A stretch of DNA of 63,979 nt, filler included, from Thermoplasmatota archaeon (GCA_041623215.1; 4 parts of 4 records of this genome joined end to end with filler, not necessarily neighbours in it), one strand, 5' to 3'; numbered from the whole stretch's first letter, positions 19,547 to 29,697 are shown. Translations and numbers: made by a program. The notes: generated by a model not told the origin, from the letters alone.

Positions 19547-20553
19547 ATGAGCGGCATGCAAGCCGTTGCCGAACGCCCAGTGCAAGCGGTCATGCCCCGC
19601 ATTCGCTTGGTGGCACATACCCAGAAGCCCTTCGATCTAGCGGTGGCTAGCGCACGAACCTGCTACGCCAAGCACTTCGTTTTCCAGGGCAGACTTGGGC
19701 CCGCAGGCGAAAGGGCACGAACCAATCTTGCTGCGGCGCTGCCTGACCACGCCGATGCACTGGCGGTCATCGGTCGCCTCGACACGCCGCATGAGCAACG
19801 GCTGGAATTCGTTGCCATGGTGCAAGCCGATATCCCCGCCGACCAAGCGGACACCCGGGAAGCCGTGGCCGTATTTGCTGACCTAGCGCGCCAGCGCGCC
19901 GACGCTGATGCTCGCATTGCTGATTCCATCTTCGAAGCGGGGCATCACACGCCGTTTCAGCATCCAACCTTTGTGTTTGCCTTGGAAGATGTCAGCCGCA
20001 ACGTGGTGGAGTCCTTCTTCCACAATCATACGTTCTACAATTCGGAGCAGCAAAGCCAGCGCTACGTGGAGATGGCGTCGGCGCGTGTCCACGTTCCTGA
20101 TTCCGTCGCAGCCGATGCGGCTGCCAGCACGGCCTACGAGGGAGCAATTTCTGCTGCCTGGGATGCCTATCATGACTTGCGCCAACGGCTTGTGGCATCC
20201 AACATCAAGGTAATGACCGCGATTGGCCGCATCAAGGGCCAAGACGAGGAGGCCATCCGCAAGGAGGCCGAAAAGAAGGCCCAGGAAATGGCACGCTACG
20301 TCATTCCCGTGGCTGCGGCGACACAGTTGTACCATACGGTAAGCGGCATTGTGCTATTGCGCTACGCCCGCATGTGTCGGGCCAACAACGTGCCCGCCGA
20401 AGCAGAGAACGTGGTTCAGGCCATGTTGGACGCCGTCGCGCAGGTGGACCCTGAATGGATTGAGCGCATTCGCCAAGAGCCGCACGACGCCGCGAACCTT
20501 CCCGAAACCTTGCTGGCCGGCGCGACATCGGGCGCCCCCGAAGCCGCAGCAAA
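19547..20553 (+). CDS. thyX: FAD-dependent thymidylate synthase (ThyX-like), 3'-truncated by contig end
   Basis: ARTCY, GHHTPFQH..F.F....VSR, SEQQSQRY, ARYVIP. Confidence 0.8.
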
Positions 20554-20653
20554 NNNNNNNNNNNNNNNNNNNNNNNNNNNNNNNNNNNNNNNNNNNNTTA
20601 ATTAATTAANNNNNNNNNNNNNNNNNNNNNNNNNNNNNNNNNNNNNNNNNNNN
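20554..20653. other. Artificial contig linker
   Basis: 44 N + TTAATTAATTAA (stops in all six frames) + 44 N. Confidence 0.97.
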
Positions 20654-21771
20654 AGGTCCTTCTCGGATACTTCGACGAAGTTGCCCCCACCCCAGGTCTT
20701 GGCCATTTCGTCAAAGGCGTCGTCAGTCAAGTGATTCTGGACGGTCTTGTGAACCGTTTCCGCCGTTTTCTTGTTGGTAAACGTCAGGCGCGTCCGGCGC
20801 AGTTCCTCGTGCAGCAGGAGCGTGTCCACGGCGCCCATTTCCAAGGCTTCGCGGACCTCGTTTTCACCGTACGTGGCTAGGCCGCCATCGGGCTTGGCAG
20901 TCTCCTTTAGGAAGCGCTGCATGACGTGCTTGTCTTCCAGTACGCCAATGCCGAGAATTGCTTCCCCCGCGGCTTCCACTAGTTCCTTGAGTCCCTGGTC
21001 ATCGTCCGTGTAGCCGGTGTCGAAGTAGGTCTTGTGCATCTTCTTGAGCAGTTCATGATGAAGATACCCTTCCTCGGCAAAGTAGACCTTGGTGGGACCT
21101 GGGCCACCCAGGATAATCCCCTTCAGGTCCTCCTCAGCCATGAAGATCTCATCCGCCTTGGCGGCCTGGGCTTTGAACCACTCGTGTGCTGCTTCCTCTG
21201 TTAGGCGTTCAAAGCGCCGCTGTGACTGCCCACCGCGACCGTGTTTGCTTGGCACCTGCGATTGCTTGTTGTGGATGGGAACGAGCGTCTTTCCTTTCAG
21301 GAGGCCGATGCTGCATTCCTTGCGGTCGATAATCATGAGCCCGAACACGTCGTCCGTGTCCAGCATCCCTAGAAGCGGGTCAACGTTGAAGGTTGAGTCG
21401 CAGCGATACTGGTAGGTCCCAACCGGCTGGGGCGGCTCGATGACGTGCGCGACCTGCTTGCTCTTGTTGCCACCGACCGACACGTTGCCCACAAACATCG
21501 CCAATCCATTCTCCGGCGTCTGTTTGTAGTTCTTGAGGCGCGCCATCATGCTGGTCAAGGCACCGCCCACTGCGTCACGCGTTTGCTTCGACTTGATGTT
21601 GCTTGATTGACCCACTTCGTCGCGCAGCATGCCCATGGCGTCGCTGATTTGTCGCGTTGGCGGGATATACAGCGTAACCAGTTCTGTGCCCATGCCGCGC
21701 GCCTCCGCCAACTCTTCAATGGTCCGCTTGAAGACGTATTTCTGACGGTCACTCCAATCGGAGACGCTCAC
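20654..21771 (-). CDS. prf1: Peptide chain release factor aRF1, 3'-truncated
   Basis: GTELVTLYIP, NIKS, YRCD, HGRGGQSQRRF; start moved to GTG 21771. Confidence 0.95.
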
Positions 21772-21822
21772 GGTGGCGGGCCAAGCGGAACGTGTATTTG
21801 AAGCCCCGATGGTCGCCGCTGT

Positions 21823-22551
21823 GTGCCCGGTGTTGCCGACGTCCGCCCCATCGTGATTGCCATTGGCGGCAGTGTGCTTGCGCCGCGTGACGCGAACGCC
21901 GAACATGCCGGGACCTTGGCCCGCCTCGTCCAAGAACTGGCACAAATGCGACCCGTCGCAGTGGTTGTCGGCGGCGGCCGACCGGCACGGGATGCGATTG
22001 CCACGGCCCGCCCTCACGCACCAGATGAGGCCGCCTTGGATGTCCTCGGCATTCTGGCCACCCGGCTCAACGCAGCCACATTTGCAACTATCGTGGGCCT
22101 GCCGGACCCGACCAATCTGCCCGCAACGACCGCCCAGGCAGCTCAGCGTTTAGCCGACCCCAGTTCCGGGGGCACGGCGCATCGCGTGGTCATCATGGGC
22201 GGCACGGACCCGGGCCATTCAACCGACCAAGTCGCCGCCGAGCTGGCCATCCGGTGCCAGGCGACGCGGCTTGTCATCGCGACCAACGTAGACGGGGTCT
22301 ATACAGCCGACCCTAGCAGCAATCCCAGCGCAACGCGACTGACAAGCCTGGACTTTGCGGGGCTCGCGGCCATCGTGGGAGACACATCTTGGACGAGCGC
22401 GGGCCAATCTGGCGTCATTGACGGACCCGCCACCGACATCATCATGGCCAACCGCCTGACAACCTGTGTCGTCAACGGCGCCGACATTGACGCCCTGCGT
22501 TGCGCGGCCACCGGCGAGCCCTTTAGTGGAACAATCATCCAGGACTCGTGA
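21823..22551 (+). CDS. pyrH: UMP kinase (archaeal)
   Basis: IGGS, VVGGG..AR, MGGTDPGHSTD.VAA, ATNVDGVYTADP. Confidence 0.92.
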   Translation: MPGVADVRPIVIAIGGSVLAPRDANAEHAGTLARLVQELAQMRPVAVVVGGGRPARDAIATARPHAPDEAALDVLGILATRLNAATFATIVGLPDPTNLPATTAQAAQRLADPSSGGTAHRVVIMGGTDPGHSTDQVAAELAIRCQATRLVIATNVDGVYTADPSSNPSATRLTSLDFAGLAAIVGDTSWTSAGQSGVIDGPATDIIMANRLTTCVVNGADIDALRCAATGEPFSGTIIQDS

Positions 22552-22742
22552 ACGTAGCTGCCCATGGCCACTGCGAGATTTGCGGCACCGTCGTCGAAGA
22601 AGGCAAACGGTGGTGTAGCGATGAATGCAAAGGCAGGTATGATGAAGCGCAGAAATTGAAGAAGCGCCAGATGCTCATCATGGTAGCTGTGATTGTGGGC
22701 GCCCTGCTGTACGTGAATCTAGTTCGGGCAGGCATTCTGTAG
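22548..22742 (+). CDS. DUF2116 family Zn-ribbon membrane protein
   Basis: HGHCEICG..WCSDEC followed by a C-terminal TM helix. Confidence 0.85.
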   Translation: MNVAAHGHCEICGTVVEEGKRWCSDECKGRYDEAQKLKKRQMLIMVAVIVGALLYVNLVRAGIL

Positions 22743-22824
22743 CTCCCACGTAATCAAGCTCGTTGGGCCACCGAAACCCACCAGCACAGGCTTTACGGAG
22801 ACGCCACCGTGGCTGGCCTCGAAC

Positions 22825-24282
22825 ATGACGGATTGGTCCCTGGCCGAGCAGCGCCTCCTTGTTCGCCTCCTAGGTGGAGCAGTCTCAGCTGATGCCTCGT
22901 CCTTGAAGGCAGCGAGCCGCTTGGCGGTTGCCGGACTGGTCGAGGTCTCCGAGCAGTCCACGACGCGAGCAACCCTCACGGACGAGGGCGCCGAGGCGGC
23001 CGAGAAGGGTCTACCAGAGCGCCGAGCCATCGAACTGATTCAGCAAGCTGGCGGCGGCGGCCTGCCGATGGGGGACATGATGGGGCAATTGGGCGCGGCT
23101 GGAAAAGTCGCCGTTGGCTGGCTCAAAAAGAAGGGGTGGGCGAGCATCGAACAGGGCCGCCTTGTTGCCCAAGGCGAGGCGCCGCCGGGGCCGGACGAAA
23201 CTTTGCTCACGCAACTGGCCGCAGACCCCGATGCGCCCTGGGACGAAGACGCGGGCGCGCCGCTGGCCCAACGCGGCTTGGTTCATGTGGAAGACTTTGT
23301 CCAGCGCAGCATTGCTCTTACAGAGGCTGGTAAGACGGCCGCCCAATCGATTGACGCCGCCATTTTGGACCAAGCACAGGAAATCAACCAAGTGACGCCC
23401 GCCGTGCTGGCGGCCTGGTCGGATTGGACACCGGAGCAGAGAGCTTCCGCCCAGCTTCGCGGTTTTGGGCTGGACGCGGACGTTGCCCCTCGGCATCCCG
23501 GCAAGGCACACCCACTGACGCACATCATTCAGGAAATCCGAGACATCTTCGTAAGTCTCGGCTTCCAAGAAATCATGGGCGACTACGTTGAGTCAGCCTT
23601 CTGGAACATGGATGCATTGTTCATTCCCCAGGACCACCCAGCGCGCGACATGCAGGATACATTCTACCTGGATGCCCCGGCCACGCTGGATGTCGCCGAC
23701 GCCGATTTGGAGCGCGGCAAGGAGATTCACGAAACGGGCGGCGAGACGGGCTCAACCGGCTGGGGGCCCGGCTTTGACCCCGCAGTCAGCCAGATGGCGC
23801 TTCTTCGCACCCACACAACGAATACGACGGTGCGCTTCCTTGCCGAGAATCCCAAGCAGGCTTGCAAGGTGTTTGGCATTGGCAAGGTGTTTCGCAAGGA
23901 AACCATGGATGCCACGCATTTGCCTGAATTCTATCAAATTGAAGGAATTGTCACGGAGCCAGGCGCCAATTTCAACATGCTCGTGGGGTTGTGCAAGGAA
24001 TTCTTCACCCGCATGGGCTTTCCAGAAGTGCGCTTCCGACCGGCCTACTTCCCCTATACGGAGCCATCCATGGAGATTGATGTCCTATACAACGGGAAAT
24101 GGATGGAACTTGGCGGCTGCGGCGTTTTCCGTCCGGAAGTGACAGAACCATTGGACGTTCCAGACCCCGTGCTCGCCTGGGGCCTCGGCCTAGAGCGCCT
24201 AGCCATGATGCGGCTAGGCCTCAAGGATATTCGCGACCTCTACGTGTCCGATATCAAATGGCTCCAAGAAACGCCACTCTAG
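22825..24282 (+). CDS. pheS: Phenylalanine--tRNA ligase alpha subunit
   Basis: FWNMDALFIPQDHPARDMQDTF, LRTHTT, THLPEFYQIEG, YFPYTEPS. Confidence 0.97.
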   Translation: MTDWSLAEQRLLVRLLGGAVSADASSLKAASRLAVAGLVEVSEQSTTRATLTDEGAEAAEKGLPERRAIELIQQAGGGGLPMGDMMGQLGAAGKVAVGWLKKKGWASIEQGRLVAQGEAPPGPDETLLTQLAADPDAPWDEDAGAPLAQRGLVHVEDFVQRSIALTEAGKTAAQSIDAAILDQAQEINQVTPAVLAAWSDWTPEQRASAQLRGFGLDADVAPRHPGKAHPLTHIIQEIRDIFVSLGFQEIMGDYVESAFWNMDALFIPQDHPARDMQDTFYLDAPATLDVADADLERGKEIHETGGETGSTGWGPGFDPAVSQMALLRTHTTNTTVRFLAENPKQACKVFGIGKVFRKETMDATHLPEFYQIEGIVTEPGANFNMLVGLCKEFFTRMGFPEVRFRPAYFPYTEPSMEIDVLYNGKWMELGGCGVFRPEVTEPLDVPDPVLAWGLGLERLAMMRLGLKDIRDLYVSDIKWLQETPL

Positions 24283-24347
24283 CGTTGCTTGGTTTGGCCG
24301 GGACAATGGCCCCGTCGGCCAGCAGCGGATGGGGGCCACATTCTCGG

Positions 24348-24854
24348 TTAATACACCGTGACGGCGCGCACGCCTTGGACGCGCTGCAAGTCGGGCACGA
24401 GGTCGCCCGTGACGGCCGCCTCCGTCACCACAAAGAGCCTCGGTTGATCCGTAAAATCAGGGTCGTCTACGATAGCTTGCCGGATGCTATGGCCATGTTC
24501 CGCAATGACCCGGCTCACCCCGGCTAGAATCCCCGGCCGGCTCGCATTTGTGGGAATGATTTCGATAACGCCGAGCCCGAGCGGCGGCGCCGCATCCTTA
24601 AGATGCATGGTCGGAGCAAAACGCGTGAAGGCTTGCGCCAATTCGGCATCTTCCAGAATGGTTCGAATGGTCGCCTGGACGATGCGCCGGTCCACGTTTG
24701 CAGCACGCCCGACAGCCGTGTCCGCCAATTCAATGGGTCCGGCGAAGATTTTGTGGTCGGCCGGATTGATGCGAAAGCCATGATGAATCATGAGCTTCAC
24801 CACCCGCTCTTGGGCGGGGTAGCGCCGGAAGTGCTCAATCAGCCGGTCCCACAT
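24348..24854 (-). CDS. ACT-domain regulator of amino acid metabolism (archaeal)
   Basis: F.RYPAQ.RV, VDRRIV..T, LGLGVIEI, PGILAGV....IRQAI.DDP. Confidence 0.85.
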   Translation of the reverse strand: MWDRLIEHFRRYPAQERVVKLMIHHGFRINPADHKIFAGPIELADTAVGRAANVDRRIVQATIRTILEDAELAQAFTRFAPTMHLKDAAPPLGLGVIEIIPTNASRPGILAGVSRVIAEHGHSIRQAIVDDPDFTDQPRLFVVTEAAVTGDLVPDLQRVQGVRAVTVY

Positions 24855-24882
24855 GCTCGTTTCCAGCCGCCGAGGCCATTTG

Positions 24883-24900
24883 ACCATTGCCATGAATGGT
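24883..24900. promoter_or_regulatory. Palindrome ACCATT-N6-AATGGT, candidate operator
   Basis: Perfect 6-bp inverted repeat in the short intergenic region between the ACT regulator and the aro operon. Confidence 0.35.
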
Positions 24901-24958
24901 GATTGATGTCCGGATTTGGCTACAAACGCATAAAACAGGGCATAGGGTCGATGGGTGC

Positions 24959-25738
24959 GTGGCACCCCACCTGCTTGGCAAGCTGGCTACCCCAGGAGGT
25001 AGCATTCTCATGGTTCCCCTGGACCACGGCATCAGCATGGGGCCCATTGACGGCATCGAAAAACCCGCCAGACCCCTCCAGGCAGCCGCCACTGGAGGCG
25101 CCACCTGCACGGCGCTTCACAAGGGGCTAGTGCACATCGCGAAACGCGCTGTCCCCGACCTGCCAATCCTCCTGCATGTGTCGGCCAGCACCGACGTGGG
25201 CCCCGACCCGCACGAAAAGCGCCTCGTGGCAAGTGTCGAGGATGCCCGCCGGATGGATTGCGCCGGCGTCTCGTTTCACTTGAACCTCGGCGCCCGCACC
25301 GAAGCCCAGATGCTCCAGGACGCCGGGCACGTTACCAGTGAGGCTGCCGCCGCAGGCCTCCCGGTGCTTGGCATGATTTACCCCCGCGGCCCGGCCATCG
25401 CCGACCCCCACGACCCGCAACTCGTTGCACACGCCGCGCGGCTCGGCGCTGAACTTGGCTGCGACATCGTGAAAGTACCTTACACGGGGGATGCTGCCTC
25501 CTTCAAGCACGTAGTTGCAGGGTGCCCCGTGCCCGTCATCATAGCCGGCGGACCGCGCCGGACAGACGCCAAATCAAACCCGGGTGCCGCCCACCCACCC
25601 ACCTCCTTTGACCAATTCCTCGAGGACGTGGCGAACGCGGCCAAGGCGGGCGCGCGCGGCGTCTCCATTGGCCGCAATGTCTTCCAACACAGCGAGCCGG
25701 CTAAAGCCATGTCAGCCATCGCCGCAGCATTCCCATGA
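24959..25738 (+). CDS. aroA': 2-amino-3,7-dideoxy-D-threo-hept-6-ulosonate synthase (AroA', class I aldolase)
   Basis: VPLDHG, HKG, MIYPRG, ELGCDIVKVPYTG, IAGGP, IGRNVFQ; directly upstream of DHQ synthase II; start uncertain (24896 or 24959). Confidence 0.88.
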   Translation: MAPHLLGKLATPGGSILMVPLDHGISMGPIDGIEKPARPLQAAATGGATCTALHKGLVHIAKRAVPDLPILLHVSASTDVGPDPHEKRLVASVEDARRMDCAGVSFHLNLGARTEAQMLQDAGHVTSEAAAAGLPVLGMIYPRGPAIADPHDPQLVAHAARLGAELGCDIVKVPYTGDAASFKHVVAGCPVPVIIAGGPRRTDAKSNPGAAHPPTSFDQFLEDVANAAKAGARGVSIGRNVFQHSEPAKAMSAIAAAFP

Positions 25739-27135
25739 CCCCCTCCCTGGCCGACCGCATCCCTCTTTGGATTGACTTGCGAGGCGTCCCCGTCAACAAG
25801 CGGCTGCCCTATTGGAAGGCCGTGCGTGGCGTATGCGCGGAACAGGTGCTGCTTGGCCGCGATGACCCACACCTGGATCGCGCCGAATCGGACCCCATCA
25901 CGCTCGTTGATGGCCGCAATACGCTCAAACAGGAGGGTAAGCCGGTTGGACGGTATGTGATTATGCGCAGCGTCCGCGACCAAGACCGCGCCAAGGACGT
26001 GGACGGCATTGTCGTCGTGGAATCAGACAAATGGAGCATCATACCCCTGGAAAATCTCATCGCGGCCAGGCGCGACCGTCCAGGAACCCTGTTTGCAATT
26101 GCCAAGGACCCAGAGGAAGCGCTGCGCTTTCGCGACACGCTCGAGGTTGGCGTCCACGGCATTGTATTGCAGCCCACATCACCCAAAGCCATCGACGAAA
26201 CGCACGCGGCCCTCGCCCAGCGCGGACCCCGCATCGACGACCGGCCAGCCGAAACTCCGGCCACCTCGCCCGATGCCCAAGCAGGGACCGTTGGTGCCGA
26301 CACCCCTCGCCCGCCGCAGGATGAAACGGACCAGGAACACACACCAGGTGCAGACCCCGGCAACGACTCGTCCCATGACGCGGATGTTGACGCGCCCGCA
26401 CCCACAGGCATCGACATGGTGGGCGCGTCACCCCATGGTCGCGATGCAACGGGGCCAGACGATACCAGCAGCGATAGCAGTGATTCTGTCAGTGACGATG
26501 GCGTCTGGGATGTCCCGGACGTAGACGAAGAGGGCCTGGAGGAGGCCCTGGATGTGGGCGACGCCCCGATCGACCCAGACTTCCTGGAAGTGGCAACCAT
26601 CACCGAGATTCGTGATGCCGGCCCGGGCGACCGCGTCTGCATCGATACCACGAGCATTTTCCGGCCGGGCGAAGGCCTACTCATCGGCTCGACGGCGCGC
26701 AGCTTCGCCCTTGTGCACGCTGAAACGATTGAAACGCAATACGTGCGGGCCCGTCCATTCCGGGTCAATGCCGGTGCCATCCATTCTTACATCTATGCAC
26801 CGGACGGCAAAACGCATTACCTCAGCGAACTGCGCTCGGGTTCCAAAGTACTGGCGGTTCACCCGGACGGCATCCACCGAATCGTAACCGTTGGGCGGGC
26901 CAAGATTGAACGCCGCCCCCACTCCCTCGTCAAGTGGCGCACCCAGGACGGTTTTGCCGGCAGCGCCATTCTCCAAACGGCCGAGACGATCCGTCTTGTG
27001 CGTGCCGATAAGAAGCGAGCGGGCCAAGTCGTGGCGGTCACGGACCTCAAGAAGAAGGACCAAATCCTGGTCCACCGCGAGCAGGACGCCCGACATTTCG
27101 GCATGCCAGTGAAGGCGTTTCTAAAGGAGCAATAA
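25735..27135 (+). CDS. aroB': 3-dehydroquinate synthase II (AroB') with an acidic internal insertion
   Basis: WSIIPLENLIA, LEVGVHG, GDRVCIDT, RPFRVNAG, GRAKIERRP, LQTAETIRL, ARHFG. Confidence 0.92.
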   Translation: MTPSLADRIPLWIDLRGVPVNKRLPYWKAVRGVCAEQVLLGRDDPHLDRAESDPITLVDGRNTLKQEGKPVGRYVIMRSVRDQDRAKDVDGIVVVESDKWSIIPLENLIAARRDRPGTLFAIAKDPEEALRFRDTLEVGVHGIVLQPTSPKAIDETHAALAQRGPRIDDRPAETPATSPDAQAGTVGADTPRPPQDETDQEHTPGADPGNDSSHDADVDAPAPTGIDMVGASPHGRDATGPDDTSSDSSDSVSDDGVWDVPDVDEEGLEEALDVGDAPIDPDFLEVATITEIRDAGPGDRVCIDTTSIFRPGEGLLIGSTARSFALVHAETIETQYVRARPFRVNAGAIHSYIYAPDGKTHYLSELRSGSKVLAVHPDGIHRIVTVGRAKIERRPHSLVKWRTQDGFAGSAILQTAETIRLVRADKKRAGQVVAVTDLKKKDQILVHREQDARHFGMPVKAFLKEQ

Positions 27136-27137
27136 CC

Positions 27138-28787
27138 TTGCACCGTCACGAGATCGTTGCAACAATCGCTGCCCCCGATGTGGACAACATGGTCCAAAGC
27201 CTGCAGGCAGCCACGGCCCCCGGCACCCTGCCCGGCACAGCGCAGCTCGAGATTCGATTGGATTCGCTTTGGTCGCAGGCACCCACGCCCGAAGCCGCAA
27301 CCCGCGACGTTGCAGCGCTGCTCGATGCCGCCGGCGAACAACGCCTCTTGGCTACCCTTCGACCGACACGCCAAGGCGGCCAATACAGCGGCGACGAGAC
27401 CCAACGCCTCAACCTCCTGGCAGCAGCAGCCTCCCTTGGCATGAGCGTTGATATCGAGGCCGACCACCCCCAACTCCCAGTGCTGGTCGAAGCAATCAGG
27501 AGCCAAGCTGCAACTGCCACGGACGGTCCAGCCATCCTTACCAATCCGGCAACCATCACGCTCAGCCATCACCTTGCGGCCACGCCAAGCGCTGAGGATG
27601 GTTTGCACCACTTAACGCGGATGCAGGACGCAAAGGGCGACGTCCATAAGTTGGCGTTTCCCGCCACCGGCTTTTTGGGTGTACTGCGGGCCGCCACGCT
27701 GGTTCACAATCATGCTAAGCGCACGGGCAAGCCGTGCGTGATGCCCATGGGCGACCATCCGCCCGAGGTCCGCGCTGCGCTCGCAGCCATTGGCAACGTC
27801 GCCACCTACGCACACCCTCCGGGGGAGCAGCCTGCTGCCCTCGGCCAACCGGATGCCAAGGCATTGGACGCGGTTTGGACGCATTGGGGATTAGCCGCAG
27901 GGCGGTTGGGACCCATCGACGGCTCCCAGCGTGGATTTCCACCGGAGACCACGACCGCGCCCGGTTGGTACGCAGTCATTGGCAGTCCCATTCACCAGAG
28001 CCTCAGCCCCCGGATGCATAACACCATGTTGCAACAGGCGGGTCTTGATGAGCGCTACGTGAGTCTTGAAGTCCCGCGGAATCACGTCATGGCGCTAACG
28101 CTCAACGCCGCAAACGCTGGCCTTCGAGGCATCAGCGTGACAGCGCCCCTAAAAGAAGAGGCCGCCCGCGCAGCGACTCACACGGATTCCCTGGTTGACG
28201 CCATTGGAGCAGCCAATTGTATTCGGTTCGACCCGGCCACCAACGAGGCTCATGCGACCAACACCGACGCAACCGCGTTGCAGCGCCTGCTGAAACCCTG
28301 CGCCGGCGATGCTGCCGTGGTCCTTGGAACGGGTGGCGCCGCTCGTGCAGCCGCATGGGCCCTGCAACAGCTCCAATGCCCGACAACCATCGTCGGCCGT
28401 GATGCGGCGGCCGCAGCGGCCATGGCTGCGGCCTTTGAAGCCACGAGTCAAGCGTGGCCCACGAACCTTCGGAAAGGGGCGACCGGGCCACTGGGACAAG
28501 CCGGCGTCTTGGTGAATGCAACCCCACTTCGAGACCAGCAGTTGATTCCGCTCCTGAGCACGCCGAACCTCGTGCTGGACATGACGTACGGATCGGGCCC
28601 GAGCCCGCTGGAGCAGGCTGGGCGGTCCGCGGGATGCCAGGTAGTTGGCGGCATCGACTTGCTGGTCGAGCAAGGCGTTGACGCATTTGCGTTCTGGACC
28701 GGCCAGGACGCGGACCGCCAAGTCATGCAGGACGCCGTTCGAGAAGCCTCGTATGCGTCAGCCCAGGGGGCGGCCGTTGCCACCTGA
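27138..28787 (+). CDS. aroDE: Fused type I 3-dehydroquinate dehydratase / shikimate dehydrogenase
   Basis: N-terminal EIRLD, ATLR..QGG, DIE, SHH, KLA, ALGQ; C-terminal SLSPRMHN, VTAPLK, NTD, GTGGAARA, NATP, DMTY. Confidence 0.88.
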   Translation: MHRHEIVATIAAPDVDNMVQSLQAATAPGTLPGTAQLEIRLDSLWSQAPTPEAATRDVAALLDAAGEQRLLATLRPTRQGGQYSGDETQRLNLLAAAASLGMSVDIEADHPQLPVLVEAIRSQAATATDGPAILTNPATITLSHHLAATPSAEDGLHHLTRMQDAKGDVHKLAFPATGFLGVLRAATLVHNHAKRTGKPCVMPMGDHPPEVRAALAAIGNVATYAHPPGEQPAALGQPDAKALDAVWTHWGLAAGRLGPIDGSQRGFPPETTTAPGWYAVIGSPIHQSLSPRMHNTMLQQAGLDERYVSLEVPRNHVMALTLNAANAGLRGISVTAPLKEEAARAATHTDSLVDAIGAANCIRFDPATNEAHATNTDATALQRLLKPCAGDAAVVLGTGGAARAAAWALQQLQCPTTIVGRDAAAAAAMAAAFEATSQAWPTNLRKGATGPLGQAGVLVNATPLRDQQLIPLLSTPNLVLDMTYGSGPSPLEQAGRSAGCQVVGGIDLLVEQGVDAFAFWTGQDADRQVMQDAVREASYASAQGAAVAT

Positions 28788-29697
28788 CGCCCAAGGGAAT
28801 GACCCGGCCAACGATTCCGGCCCGAGCGAGAAAACGCCGGCTTCCGCCGAAGCGTCCGCCTTTGGGGCGGTCACCATACTCAATGCAACTGCTACGGGCA
28901 TTGGGGCCAGCTTGGCCACCGACCTCGGCATCACCGCAACGTGGGAATGGCAAGCGGAACCCGGCTTGCGATTCCATAATGACACGGGAGCTGATGATTC
29001 TCTGGCGCAGGCCGTACACCAGCAGTTGGCGGCTCGTCTCGACGGCGTCGTCCCCGGCGGCGCCGAGGTATCCACGCGTGGCGGCGCGCAACCGGCGCGT
29101 GGCCTGAAGACCAGCAGTAGCGCCGCGGCAGCCATGGTGCTGGCGGGCTTACACGCCGCTAATCAAGCGCCCAGCCACAACGAAGTAATCGCGCTTGCCA
29201 TCGACGCAGCCGTGCAAGCCGGCGTCACTTTGACGGGGGCCTACGATGATCAGGTGGCGACCGTGCTCGGCGGATGTCACCTGACGCTCAATCCTGCGCG
29301 ACGCATCCTGCAGCCGTTGCCGATTCAGCCGTGGCACGTGGCGGTCTGGATGCCCGATGAGCACATTGCCAAGGATTTGGTCAAGAATTTGGACGTGCGA
29401 CCCGCCATGGCCGGCGCGCGACGCGTTGTTTTGCTGGCCCAAGCGGGGGACTTGCCCGGAGCCATGACGGAAAACGGCCGGACCTTCCACCGGCTCTACG
29501 AGGCCGCCGGGCTACCCGTAACAGATGAACCAACCCAAGTGGCGCTGGATGCCGGGGCCCTCGGGGCTGGCCTGTCTGGCACCGGCCCCGCCGTCGCCGC
29601 TTTGTTCGAGCACCCGGTTGATTTGGCAGTCGTGGCGGGCGGCACGTGGACATGGCAAAAGGCAGTGGACCGAAGGCCATCGGCGGTCCGTGCATGA
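28777..29697 (+). CDS. aroK: Archaeal (GHMP-type) shikimate kinase
   Basis: GAVTILNATATGIG, GLKTSSSAA, TLTGAYDD, GLSGTGP. Confidence 0.9.
   Translation: MPPDAQGNDPANDSGPSEKTPASAEASAFGAVTILNATATGIGASLATDLGITATWEWQAEPGLRFHNDTGADDSLAQAVHQQLAARLDGVVPGGAEVSTRGGAQPARGLKTSSSAAAAMVLAGLHAANQAPSHNEVIALAIDAAVQAGVTLTGAYDDQVATVLGGCHLTLNPARRILQPLPIQPWHVAVWMPDEHIAKDLVKNLDVRPAMAGARRVVLLAQAGDLPGAMTENGRTFHRLYEAAGLPVTDEPTQVALDAGALGAGLSGTGPAVAALFEHPVDLAVVAGGTWTWQKAVDRRPSAVRA

Noticed and set aside
20598..20609. TTAATTAATTAA palindrome as a regulatory site or repeat
   Set aside because: Embedded in N runs and identical at three places: an artificial linker
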